Source: Balanoglossus misakiensis
Lineage: Eukaryota > Animalia > Hemichordata
Direction: 5' to 3'
Assembly: GCA_040954595.2 (NCBI GenBank)
Contig: CM082595.2
Coordinates: forward strand, 3,333,943-3,397,942
Length of the DNA stretch: 64,000 nucleotides
A model generated the notes under the pieces. That model ran no database searches and was not told the DNA's origin. It was given only the letters and a program-made list of their open reading frames with translations. Of this stretch, positions 43,565-55,948 are shown piece by piece. The translations under genes were made by a program, and so were the position numbers. How positions within the stretch are numbered: position 1 is the first letter of the stretch; each line of letters begins with the position of its first letter.

Positions 43565-45553
43565 TCACGTGACCATTTCCTCTTTCTCGTGTTCCTGCCC
43601 TTCCAGTCTCTTAATCTCTTCCTTGAATTTCTCGATGGCCTCCCGGTTTTGTTTCAGTCTCTCGTTGAGTTCGGCGATCTCGAAGCGGATCTTCTTCTTC
43701 GCCGACTGCACGGAAGCGAGGGTCTTCCGTTCCACTTCTTCGACTAAAGAGCGGGAGAAAGACACCGGATGAATCACGGATAATCGAGAGATAGAATGTA
43801 ATACTACTGCTCTTGCCAATTTGGTGAGAGATTTCATCGTACAAGAAAACACCGAAAATCAGTGTTTTGGTGACTCACAGTCATTTAGTACCACTAAATA
43901 AATACATTTATTTGTGGTCAGCTCTTACAAAGGCGCTGAAATATTAACCCAAGTTGTGTATGTATACTATACATGTGAAGTATGGACTCAGGTGAAATAT
44001 TGTCTATGATGCTTACAGTCAGTTTCATGTTTGTGCGGTCCAAGCGTCAATTGCCGAGTGTTGGTCAGTAACTGCTGCATCATCTGTGTGGGATCTTGAA
44101 AAATCTGAAATCGAACATTTGAAGAACATCGTCAGTTGTATGTTGTTGTGAAGGTTTTGGCCAAAGTGGTGACTATCATGTGGATGGGGCAAGTCGGCGA
44201 GTTGGGGGTCACAAGAAATCAATCAATCAATCAATATGTTGACTTGAAATGTTTGTAACATCTCAGACTGACATACTTACCAATTCATCATACTGTTCTG
44301 ATACTACATTCTTCTTACCAAGCATCAGATTCGTCTCGGATTGGAACAGCTTGAGAAGGTGATACACGGTGACCTGGAAGTAATCATATTAATATGTGAG
44401 AAAACAAAAGAAACTCATTATCATAACAATGTATTGTATTGTTATGTAAATTAGTAGAAGAATGGATCAGCATCACTTACTGGTCTCTCATTGGGATCAT
44501 TGAAGAAGATCTTGATGACAACTTCGAATTCACCCCAGCCTGTTTCCGTCACCTCGTAGGGAGGTTTCGTCAGAACTGTAAAGAGAAAAAAATCAACATT
44601 CGATTTTTCAGTGTGTGTTGTGTGGAGTGAAAAACAGTCTCTTCATATTGAGGTTTTGTTAGACAACTAGTGTACTGTAAAGAAGCTTTAGCGTGAAAAG
44701 TTGAGAGCATTTCAGTGCATCAACTGCTCATTCTTACCTCTCAGGGGATTTGTGTAGCTTTCGTGGAGTTTAAACTGTATCTTTTTCACGTAAACAGACA
44801 TGTCCTGCAAGATAACGAAAGGGATTCTCTTCAATGAACATAGATTCACATCACAAGTCATACGCCAGAAGTGTGATCTCAAATTTAAATGTTAGACTGA
44901 AATTGATGCATGTACATGATAGGTACAGAAACAAAACCCACAATATTAAAGAACTGTCAACATACCTCGTTTCTGAATGGTTTCAGGTAGACAGTCCACT
45001 GGTGTGTGTGTCCGTCTTCTTCACGTTTCTTCCCAAAATACCTGGCCATGTTTCCAAATACAACCGGTTTGATGATGGAAATGCCCTTATAACGATAAAA
45101 ATCCAACAAATTTGCATAAATAAACAAACCACATTACACACGTGAAATTGACAACCTCTTGTTTACATGCGTTGTTTTTATCATAGGCGTGTTTTAAACA
45201 ACTCGGAGTCATTTAATGGCTACAGTGATCGAAATGCGTAGGTTAGATAATGGATCTACTCTCTAAAACACAGAGCAGACAATAGATTTTACTTTTGACT
45301 ATAATGACAGTACGTACGACAATGCCATAGTAACATGATTCCTGCAGCTGCATGTTTGATAGTCCTGTTTCCCGGTGCCCGATCGTGATCGTGGTAAACA
45401 CCGATTGACAATCGGCTCGCTCAAGACATGCTTGAAATACTAGAGAATGGCACAGAGCGACTACCCACGTTTTTAGTTGAGCTCATGCTATATTGATCGC
45501 TAGAGAACACCTACCTTGACTCTGCCGCCAGAGTCTGGGCCAAATTCCGCCAT
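43565..45553 (-). CDS. YEATS4: YEATS domain-containing protein 4 (GAS41), 226 aa (exons 45553-45515, 45085-44966, 44804-44738, 44575-44481, 44373-44281, 44104-44017, 43743-43565)
   Basis: [13 protein letters not shown]|[40 protein letters not shown]|[17 protein letters not shown]..|..[15 protein letters not shown].. followed by a C-terminal coiled coil. It closely matches recalled human GAS41. Confidence 0.98.
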
Positions 45554-45559
45554 TTTGTA

Positions 45560-46770
45560 TTTCTGCAAAAGGGCAGTCATGTTGACCTTTCAGGCGTACT
45601 TATCCCCGGTCTAATTGGTCACGAAAACTGACACAAATTTGTCGATGCAAGATTAATAACTCCCTATCGAGGAATATTTATGTGTCATATTAAGCAGATC
45701 GTCACTTATGTTCGGTCTTAAGCCGAAGAAATAAAGAAAATGCGAAAGTGGCCCGGCGAGAGGGATCGGAGAAACTTCTCGGTCTGTTCCAGAAATCGTA
45801 ATCGACCAATCACAGAGTCCGTTCTTTCATTGAGGAAAGTAATACTAAGCTTCATGCGCACGCCCTTACGTCCTCGATCACGGAAGCAATAAATCACAAC
45901 GTTACTACTTGAACTATTATAACATTTACTGACATATACCTCAAATTTATTCCAAATAGTCTCATATTCAGCTAAAGTACAATTAATAAACTTATAAATG
46001 TAACTTTGAATCCAAGAAAATACAAGGGCTAATTTGTTAAATACAAAACGCAAGTTGCCTTGAAATGAGGATGTAATCGCGCTCACTTTCGAATGTAGAC
46101 GCTTCGTCGCAGGTTTCGAGAAACTATTTTCTCCCACCGTTTGGCGTAAAATGTTTTAAATTGCAAGAGATTCCCATAGGCAGCTTCTAACGTTCTTCTT
46201 TTAAGGTTGGTCAAATTTAATTTCCATAACAATAGAAATATGTGAAGTAATTATCGGGTTTGTTATTGTCGCGACGTCGACTATGCGTCCGCGTCCATGT
46301 GCGTGTGTATACACTAAACTATGTTGGCAAAATGCCATGCCATAGGTTTGTGTTCAGGCGTGACAGCTCGGTACATATTTTACGAAGCACTTTCAGTTTA
46401 AGATCATCCCTGATATATGGCCCCATTTTCTGTGATGATAACAGAAAACTGCCTACGTGTTGTAGATCAGACACGCCCTCCCTGGCCCCGACCGGCCAGG
46501 TCATCATTGGTATGCGCGCTTTCAGCCAGACGCGCTAGTAACGTCAATGGTCATGTGGTCAATGCACGTGATTTATGCGATTGCGTGGCAGAATATTTCA
46601 GGTTGCGTCACAAGTGTCTGGCCATTGTTTGGCAAATTAATTAAGACCCCGATTCTGATTGGTCAATTACTTTCCTCACAGGTAGACCAAAGCACTTGTG
46701 ATTGGTCAATTAAGCTTTGTGGGCGGACAATTTACTGATTGGGCGTTGACCCAATAATGTTTGTCAACAT
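45560..46770. promoter_or_regulatory. Putative divergent promoter region between YEATS4 and the GCPII-like gene, with several CCAAT boxes
   Basis: The genes are head-to-head with ATGs 1.6 kb apart. ATTGG/CCAAT motifs occur at about 45614, 45807, 46658, 46701, 46738 and 46752. An acceptor at 47141 upstream of the + ATG implies a non-coding first exon in this interval. Confidence 0.5.
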
Positions 46771-47170
46771 ATACAAACGTCTTGATAAATAAGATTTTAG
46801 GCCCTTTGACATTTCTTGGAAACATGAAGTGTCAGAGAGTGATGGGTTTAGGGATAGGTTTTAGGACCATGTTTAAGACCTGTGACCCTTGACCCTGGTC
46901 AAAAGTATATACTGTAAAACGGGAAATTTTCAAGATAATAAATAAAGCAGCAACTTTTACGCAACGATTATTTTTCGAGTTCTTGTATTTCACTGTATTG
47001 TTATATCTGAAAAACATTTTTACGCAACTTTTTGGGGGCATTTTTTGGCTCTCACGTAGTTTGCGAAAATTTCCCATTTTATTAAGCCTCATTAAATCAT
47101 ATTTTGATGACTTATGTGTGAATTTTGCCTTATTTGAACAGTGACATTGAAGTACCAACCATCTTAGACG

Positions 47171-50100
47171 ATGTCCACTAATGATGACAAGGGAGCTGGG
47201 ACGTACAGTCGATGGGAAGCTGATCCCGACACCATCGACATCGGCATTGACTATCACCGGCCCTTACCTGCCAGGCAATGGCCTGAATGGTGTTCGGGAA
47301 AGCCCGGGATTGCCTTGAAAGTCTTTCTGGCCATTTTCATTTTCTTGGTCGGGATCATACTCGGGTATCTGACACGGCGGCATCTGGTGAGTGTGGAATC
47401 TGTGTGCGATCAGCTGATGCTGGGATACAGTGTTGATGATGGCGTGACCCTGAAAGGAGAACTTCAAGCTGAAAATTTAGAAGAATTTCTGTCGTAAGTC
47501 TTCCGTCTATGTCCAGTATTTCTTTTCAAGTACTTATTTCCGCAATCCATTTCCACTATTGATACGTTAAAGGGACAAAGTCTCTCTCTCGCTGCCCCTT
47601 TTCCATTAATAATGTTTGATGCAAGACACTGTTTATGTTATTCTACATGCGGATATATAGTGAATCAACGTTCGACCACACACAACTTCCATCCCGTTTG
47701 TAGGATATGAGAGTAAAAATCCCGTCAAAATGAATAAATGGTAAAGAACGATTATTCATTTTGGCGAGTTTTTCACTCTCCTGTCTATAAGAGGGATGGA
47801 AGGTGTGTGTGGTTGAACGTTCATTCACTATATATCCACATGTAGTATAACAAACGTTGTCTCTTATCAAATAAAATTAATGGAAAAAAGGGCAGTGAGA
47901 GAGAGACTTTGTCCCTTTAATCTCTGGTGCATGATGTTAGTCACTCACACACGAAAGATCATATCTTGTTCTCTTTTAGGTATTTTTCCAACGCATCTCA
48001 TCCGGCAGGAAGTCTAAAGAACACGGAAAGAGCTCAGTTTATCAGTCAAAAGTGGGAGGAATACGGATTCAAAGTACAGACGAAATCCTACAATGTCTTG
48101 CTCTCCTCACCAAGCAGGTAGAGATTCATTTCCAGCAAATCTGACCCAGCATATCTTGCATACCTGAACAGATATCAATTGACATAATTTGGACTATCTT
48201 TGCTATGTGTTACAAGATGTTGGATAAATTATGCTGTACATTATTGCCATAAATTATGCTGAAATAGAAAGGCATTCTCGTAGTACCACCATGTATTGGA
48301 TTTCTCAGGAATCTGTGAAATAATAGGAGTTTGCTAGATTCATGTATAAAGTACACTTCAGACTAGCATAAAGTGGGGATTGTGCATAATTTTAATTCTG
48401 TTTTCCCCCATTGCAGCGAGACACAAAACAAAGTTGCCATAATGAATGAACAGAGAGCTGAAGCAGTTTCCATAATTCCAATGGACGGATCTTCACCAGA
48501 TCTGGAACAACCATTCAGTGCCTACAGCACCTGTGATAGTGGCTCCTGTATACGAGAAGTATGTACATGTACATATCTATACGTTAGTGGGGAAGAAATC
48601 TGAAAGAATTATTACAAACAGTAATGGAAATTCAGCTGCACTAATTATTTGTCTTAGAAAAATTTAAAGAGTCCAAAAATGAAATTGCAAATTTTTTTGT
48701 TCTAGAAGTGATTTCAAAGCTGTGTTATTTATTGTACATGTGTTATTTCAGGGGAGCCCTGTGTATGTGAATTATGGAACGCAAGAGGACTTTGAAAAAC
48801 TGAATTCATTGGTAGCCGATGCCGCAAGGAACAATATAGTCATCATGAGATACGGGAAATTACACAGAGCAAATATGGTATGTACAGTTGTGTAGTGTAG
48901 TTTGGAGATACACATATTCATTGGTACTCATTTGCCATTGACCTAGACAAACATTACTTCCACATTGAAGACAGCAGGGTTTGCACCAAATGACGACATG
49001 ATCCGTATGTCCTTTTTCCAGGTGAAAAATGCACAGGAAGCAGGAGCCATTGGAGTCGTCATGTTTCCCGATGCCAAAGACTTCGCCCAGGAAGGCATCG
49101 CACCGGAGAAAGTCTACCCAAACACATGGTGGTTGCCCATCAACGGAACAGAGAGGAACTCCTTGTATCTCAGTAATGGTGACCCCCTCACACCGGGACT
49201 ACCATCCATAGGTGAGTGTCTTTTGAACGCCGCATTTTCTCGGTCAAAATGTGGTGCTACATTTTAAAAAATTTCTCCCATTTTTCGGTATTTTTCACCT
49301 TAATTTTAGATCAAGTTGATATAAGTTCCCATTGTGTTTAGGTCTTGATCAAAATTTGAGAAAAAATGCGGAAAAAGTTATGCAGGTTTTATTTTTTGAA
49401 AGATGACGAGAAGTTGATTATTTTTGTACATTTTCTGACTCAGATGAAGCATACCATGTGAACGAGGAATCGGTCAACTTCCCCGGCATTCCTGTCCAAG
49501 CCATCAGTTTCGGAGACGCACAGAAGATCATGTGTGGCTCTTAGTAAGTCTATCAGTGTTTACCCCTCTCACCTCTATTTCCCTTTACGGAGATCCAGCT
49601 TTACCATAGAAAACAATAGAATTTGACCTAACCATGGTGGTGAAAGGGTTAAATATTTGTTTTCTCTGTACATGTTTATCTATGTCTGCTATGTTGTACT
49701 CCCTGTAACCAAACACACTATCACAAAAATTTCAGTGCACAAAAGGATACGAATCTCACCATTCCAACTTCTAAGTGATCTTGATTCTGTATCTTAAATA
49801 TCAGGACCAGGCCTAACCCCCAGTTCTTTTCTCATGTTGTATCGTCTTGTGCTTTGCAGTAAACTGGTTGCCCCGGACGCTCCTGAAGCCTGGCAGGGCA
49901 GTCTGGGTTGCACGTACGGTGTGGGACCGGGATTCGACCAGCCGGAACTGACACTGCAGATGGTGATTCACAACCGGAATGAAGTGAAGACCATCACCAA
50001 TGTGCTTGCCACGATTCCGGGATCAACAGAACCAGGTAAATGTTGTCCTTTTTCCGAATGATCATTTTCTGTCAAAGAAAGATGATGAATCAGGCAGATT

Positions 50101-52403
50101 CAAAGAAAGATGATGAATCAGGAAGATGTCTTTCCCACTTCCAATCCCAGCATTGACTGCGTTTGAGAGCCGTAACTTATCCGTGATTTTCATTCCATTG
50201 TTTCCTTAGATCGCTATGTGATCATGGGAAACCACCGCGATTCCTGGACCTACGGAGCCATCGATGCCGGCAGTGGAACGGCCATTATGATGGAATTATC
50301 CAGAACTTTGGGGAAAATGCTAACAAAAGGTATGACCAGTGGAATATTCCTGTAATATTCCGTAATCAATTGAATACAGCTTTCCGGCAAAGTTCACGCA
50401 TGGCCTTGCTCTGAATAAGTCGTGTGATGGCAACAGAAATAAACGAATGTAGGAACTGACATGAAACTGTTTGGCACAGTGAGATTACAATGTGAACTGA
50501 AATTCCCTGTGTTGATTCTCTGTGTCAGCTTCTTGACTGATCGTTCTCTGTTTCAGGTTGGAAACCGCGACGTACAATAATATTTGCCAGCTGGGATGCC
50601 AAGGAGTTTGGCATGATTGGATCAACGGAGTGGGCTGAGGTGACTGAAATGTTTTTGTTTCTTTTATTTGCAATAGGACATGTTTGTCTTCGCAACCCTC
50701 ACTAGTTTTGGAAGTGATGTCAGAGCAAGGGGGCAAAATCTATAGGAGGGTGGGCTAGCCCTTCTGAAACCCTTTAGTTACAAAAAATAATTGTTACATT
50801 GCTTTAATTATCTTCATTTCAAAATGTCTTATTATGTGATGTTTTTCAGGAGTATGAGAAGATGTTGATGAATCGAGCGGTTGCCTACATTAATTTGGAT
50901 GCGGTTGTCATGGGAAGTTATTCTCTGTCGGCTGGTGCTAGTCCTCTTCTCAATAAAGTTATCTACGAGGCCACCAAACAGGTAAATTAAAATTTTGAGA
51001 GAGACATTACCTGGAGCCAAATATGAGAACGTGTTTTAAGACTGATTTTCAAGGCGAATACTACAGTAACATTACTAGGTTGAAATTGTTTTTTTCAAGA
51101 CATTCATACTCTTACACATTGCTTCCATAGGTGGCCTGTCCTCACCATGACGATATGTCAGTCTATGAAAACTGGAGGTCAAAGTTCAGTGTCAGCTACA
51201 GTGGCGAAAAAGTTCCACAGTAAGTGACCATGAAATGAGATAGTTATGTCTTGGCGTGTTTGGCATAGATCAGGTTTCTTGACTGATCATATACTCAGAA
51301 ATCATACTAAACGTAATCAATCACCTATGCAAAATTTCCATGGAGACCGTGTACCTTTAAACTGTCATGTGCACTGTGCTCAAAACCATTCCATTTGTTT
51401 TTAGGTCCTTCAGACTTCAAGAATGTAACATTTCCACGTCACATTTTCTTTCATTTCAGAATTACCATCTTAGGCAGTGGATCTGATACACTTCCATTCA
51501 TCCAAACATTGGGCATCCCATCCATGGAACTATCATACACTTTTGATCCAGTAAGTTTCTTGTCACCTACATCATCCATTTCACAAGGGAACTTTTAACG
51601 TTGGCACATCCCCTTCCCCCCCCCCCCACCCCCAAGTTTTTCTTAATAAGGGGCATAAGGAATTTTTAATAGGGGTGTTTGTAATGGCTTAAGGTATACA
51701 AGGCTGTCATGTCCCTATACAAGTATCATCCTTCGCTGATTGACAGGGTGATATGGCTACAATTCTAGCACGCACGACATTCTGCAGGCCCCCTAATGTA
51801 CACATGCCCATATTAGGTTAAAAGGGCGTGGCTAAGTTTTTCGCTTGACCGCCTAAGCGAAACTCTGCGGTTAGCTAGACTTCATATTTCAACTAAAGAG
51901 ACAAGTGACTGTTGCTACCGGAAGTCAACAGTTTTGTCCGCGGAAAATCCAAGAAATAGTCCCTGGAAAGTTAGGGAATTATGAAAAAATTTGAACGTAC
52001 GACAAAAAGCGTAACCATCGCGTGCTTGCGAATCCTCTCACAGAGCCACCATCTTCAGATGTACCCTCTGTACAGCACAGCGTACGACGACTTCGACAGC
52101 GTCAAACGGGTGACCGACCCGACCTTTGAGACCCACCTGGCCATGGCGCAAGTACTCGGCCTCGCCTTACTGCAGCTCTGCGACTCGCTCGTCCTACCGT
52201 TCAACGTCTCGCACTACGCAACGGCCGTGCAGCAATACCGGGATGTTTTTCTGGAGATGGATTCTTTCAAGGACACCTCACAGAGTGAGGACATGGCTGT
52301 CTTGACAGGTAAAGTTATTGCCGAGTCTGTCATTCTCAGTTGTATGATAATGTATTATTATGTGGCTTGGTGTATATGCACTAGTCACTATAATAATAAA
52401 TCA

Positions 52404-52452
<49 letters not shown>

Positions 52453-52459
52453 GTCTGTA

Positions 52460-52490
<31 letters not shown>

Positions 52491-53401
52491 CTAGCTAGCT
52501 ATCTACAAATTCTTCATCACCCCCTGTAACTACGAACTTGTAAATGTTCCTGTATTATGAATCTTATTCTCACTATTTTCACATTTTTGTACATTTTGGG
52601 TTGCATCTAGATTATCTGAAAGTTGCCGTGGTCAATTTCACCACTGCCGCTGCAGACTTTGATGAAAGTCTGAAGGATTTGGCAGTTGACAAGTAAGTGT
52701 GGTTCTTTTCTCAACTGGACAGCTGTACTTGTAGATTTAGTATGTGAGAACATGGCCAATCCTGGCTTTTTATATATGTTTATACTGAAAGTAGTGTTCA
52801 CTGTTGTACTAAGTTCTTTTTATTTCTGCCCTTCATGCAGTCCCCTGGCTGTCAGAGCTGTGAATGATCGACTCATGCAGTTGGAGAGATCATTTATAAG
52901 GAGTGATATTGCTGTACCTGGCAGACTTCCACAGTACAAGTAAGTCTCGCTCTCGCTCCCTCCCCCTCTCTCCCTCTCCCTCTCACTTCCACCCACCCAC
53001 TGCCCACCCAGCTACATTACAGAGATGTGGTATCACCACCTCAAAAGTGATCTGCCTTTTTAAAAATCTGTGAGTTTGTGATATTGCTAAAGCATGTTTC
53101 TTGTATGGAGTTCATCACTTCCATTAGCCACTGCTCTTTGTAAAGGCACAGTTCCCATGAAATGCAGCTTGTATTTTCTAACTAACTCTAGTGTCTTTCT
53201 TGCAGACATGTGTTATATGCACCTAGTGCCCAGAATGCATACGAGGCAGTCACACTTGCCGGCATCGTTGACAGCATAACGGAAGCAAAGTCGAGAAACG
53301 ACGACGAAAGTTGGGAGAATGTCAAACTGCAGATGTCACTGGTCACATTGTCGATCAAATCTGCAACAGCAAGTCTCCGAGATTCGATTGTCCAGTCGTA
53401 G
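47171..53401 (+). CDS. Glutamate carboxypeptidase II / NAALADase / transferrin-receptor family (M28B) type-II membrane protein, probably catalytically inactive, about 783 aa (exons 47171-47493, 47980-48117, 48417-48558, 48752-48877, 49022-49211, 49444-49543, 49860-50035, 50210-50329, 50557-50639, 50850-50981, 51131-51219, 51460-51550, 52044-52308, 52611-52692, 52841-52939, 53206-53401)
   Basis: N-terminal [23 protein letters not shown] domain motifs VYVNYG..EDF, IMRYGK and GDPLTPG. M28 motifs [33 protein letters not shown] and LGSGSD. TfR-dimerisation-like C-terminus [23 protein letters not shown]. Sixteen phase-consistent exons. Confidence 0.95.
47567..47920. mobile_element. Non-autonomous DNA transposon (MITE) with about 40-bp TIRs and TTAA target duplication (Kolobok/piggyBac-type)
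   Basis: TTAA-AGGGACAAAGTCTCTCTCTCGCTGCCCCTTTTCCATTAAT ... ATTAATGGAAAAAAGGGCAGTGAGAGAGAGACTTTGTCCCT-TTAA. Confidence 0.85.
52404..52505. repeat. (TCTA)n/(TCTG)n microsatellite
   Basis: Visible directly. Confidence 0.9.
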
Positions 53402-54544
53402 TGCGGAGATTTAAAGGGCACAGGAAGATCACACAGTAGAACAAAATTCTCCCTTGTGCCAACAGTGTGTCATTTGAGTGTTTCGGCCCCCAAAGCGCAT
53501 GGCTTTAACCATACCACCGAAAATGCATGTACGGTTTGTTCACATGGTCAAATCTTTGTGTGTAGTGATGGCATACATACTGGCATTTTCATTAAATTCA
53601 GAAGTAGGTTGAATCGGGCTTTGTTGTACAAACATGTTAAGAACAGAGTTCTCAGAATCTGTTCTGTGCATACATATCTTTAATAAGGCATTCATGGAAA
53701 CGGTTACACTTGGATTGTGTGGCTCCTATGCAAGTTAATACTTATTTTTGCCACAGTTTCTTTTTATACTAAATTAAGTGATCGTTTGAACTGAATTTGT
53801 GTTAATTCATATTCTCCATAAATTTTATGTCAGCGTGCAAATTGGAATGACCGTATTTCCTGTTCAAATATGTAGTTAAAGAAATTGATTAGTACTGAAA
53901 TAAGTCTAGTACTGTGTTTGATTTTGTGTGAATTTTGTTATCTTGTACATCCTGTGAGAATGTGAGTAAATTTGCCGACTTTGCACAGTTCTGCAAAACG
54001 TAGTGTTCTTTCTGTAGTTGTCTCTGTGGTCAGTTTATGTGTTTTTTGTTTGTTTACTAACACTCACACATCACACAATATAAAGCTGACTCTGACAATG
54101 TCTTCAGAGAAGCTTTAATAACAATCAATTCAGTAACCAAGTTTGAACTTTCAACAGTGCCAGTGCTAGGGCATACTGTAGTCTCTAGACAGTCACTGTA
54201 CATGTTGTTGACGAGTCAAGTACGTTTTTAGAATTCCCCGGTGGTGTCAGGAAGAAGTTCTGAGTTCAAAGAAATATTCATGAATGCCGTGTATTGCGTT
54301 CAAAATATATACAAACTACTAGTACGCCCTCCCCCCCAAAAAAATAAAATGGCCCAACATAAGCCCTTATAATTGGTGTTAGGTATGTATATCGACAACA
54401 CCAAGGTCTATATACATATGTATCTAGCTTGAATATAAAAACAAAAGTCATTGACGCTGGTGGTGTTGAGGGCGCACATGTGCGGTTCAGACTCCTCCCC
54501 CCCTCAAGCAGTTTTAAACTATCCCTGTGCTTATTCACAACCAT

Positions 54545-55948
54545 CTAGTCGTTTTTATACTCTTGTTCACCACGACAGCGTTTTCTGTTTCTATCAATGA
54601 CACTCTGTAGAGTGACACACAGAGACATGTATCCACTGCGAGAAATGTCGTAACTGCTGAATTTTATCGTCGTTGCCCTGACAACACTGCACGTGCTGGA
54701 AGCGCTTTGAGGGACAGAATACCACGGTACGTCATAGTACCAACCCTGTCGGGGTGCCACCCCTATCCTTTTGAGAACCAAACCAACGTACGCGTCCTCC
54801 CAGGGGAGGTAACGCACAAACTCCGACGTCACGTATATCTGCTTAGCAACATCCGATGACATCACGTAGGCGGGCCCTTCCAAATAAGGCGGATAGGTCG
54901 CTTCTTGGAACATGTCGTAGGACGTGTACCACTTCGAATCGATGTCCCTGACGGGTTTTTCCTTGCGAAACCTGTTGCCTTCCGCAAATCCAGTCTTTGT
55001 GGCGTGATGCAAGATAGTACTGACGACATTCTCGGGGATAACGAACACATCTCTGCCATCAACCTTCATGACGTACTCCGTCCAATGACAAAACAAACTC
55101 ACCCACTTGAAACCCATAATGGTTTTCAGAGTGAGATTATTGTAGTTATCGATGAAGTTCTCCTGAATGATGTCTCCGTGGATGTCGTTTTCTCGCTCTA
55201 TGTCCTCTTGTAGGCGTCTGTCACTGACGGTTCCAAGCAGGAACATGGTGATCACTTTCCTTCCGCGAACGCTCTTTTCCCCTCCCCAGTGTTCGCGGAT
55301 GGCGTCTCGGTTCTCCCTCTCCAGGTGCGTGTTGAACACCAGGATGACGAGGAACAAGTCCGCCCCCGCGTCCCGGCACACGTTCCCGTTGGAGATGAGG
55401 AAGTCAAAGTCATGCTGGTTGATCTTGACCTTCTCGCTGTATAAAGGGATCCCATCCGCGCCCCTGCTGTTATTTCTGGTGGCCAAACCCGCGCTAGAGG
55501 CGGCCAGGTCGCCTTGATTCGAAGCCCCCGCGCGTCGGTGGCGCTCATGCAAATCCAGTTCCTTCTGAGGTGGTGGAAGGCGAGAAATATCATCGAAATG
55601 GTACCCCTCAACTTGACCCTTCGTGTTTTTAACCACACTGCCAACTCCTGAGTATTTTTCCTTGATCAAACTCGGCGAGTGACTCCTGTTTCTCAGATAT
55701 CCTGACGTTTTTTCATCTTTAACTTTCGGCAATGAAGAGGCGTTTTTCCTCTGTTCCAGCGCGAGTAAAACGATCCTGGATGCGTTGCTAAGCGATGATT
55801 GTTTGCTTAAAATGGATCGCTCGCTGTTATATCTCCTCACATCTGTCGACTGGTGCCCGTGGAAGTATAGAAGGAAAATTCCGCTAACGACAAGGCAGTT
55901 TAGCCATACAATCTTCCTTAGGTATCTTGTTCCAAGGAATCTTGCCAT
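54545..55948 (-). CDS. GT31 beta-1,3-galactosyltransferase (B3GALT1-like), single coding exon, 467 aa
   Basis: N-terminal TM and stem, then FLVILV..RDAIREHWG, FLLG, HGDIIQENFIDNYNNLTLKTIMGFKW, SKWY, YPPYLEGPAYVMS and EDAYVG. Confidence 0.93.
   Translation of the reverse strand: MARFLGTRYLRKIVWLNCLVVSGIFLLYFHGHQSTDVRRYNSERSILSKQSSLSNASRIVLLALEQRKNASSLPKVKDEKTSGYLRNRSHSPSLIKEKYSGVGSVVKNTKGQVEGYHFDDISRLPPPQKELDLHERHRRAGASNQGDLAASSAGLATRNNSRGADGIPLYSEKVKINQHDFDFLISNGNVCRDAGADLFLVILVFNTHLERENRDAIREHWGGEKSVRGRKVITMFLLGTVSDRRLQEDIERENDIHGDIIQENFIDNYNNLTLKTIMGFKWVSLFCHWTEYVMKVDGRDVFVIPENVVSTILHHATKTGFAEGNRFRKEKPVRDIDSKWYTSYDMFQEATYPPYLEGPAYVMSSDVAKQIYVTSEFVRYLPWEDAYVGLVLKRIGVAPRQGWYYDVPWYSVPQSASSTCSVVRATTIKFSSYDISRSGYMSLCVTLQSVIDRNRKRCRGEQEYKND

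Noticed and set aside
50073-50125. Short direct duplication CAAAGAAAGATGATGAATCAGG (and a 31-bp duplication near 63210-63270)
   Set aside because: Two-copy local slippage duplications. They are not CRISPR-like and show no sign of function.
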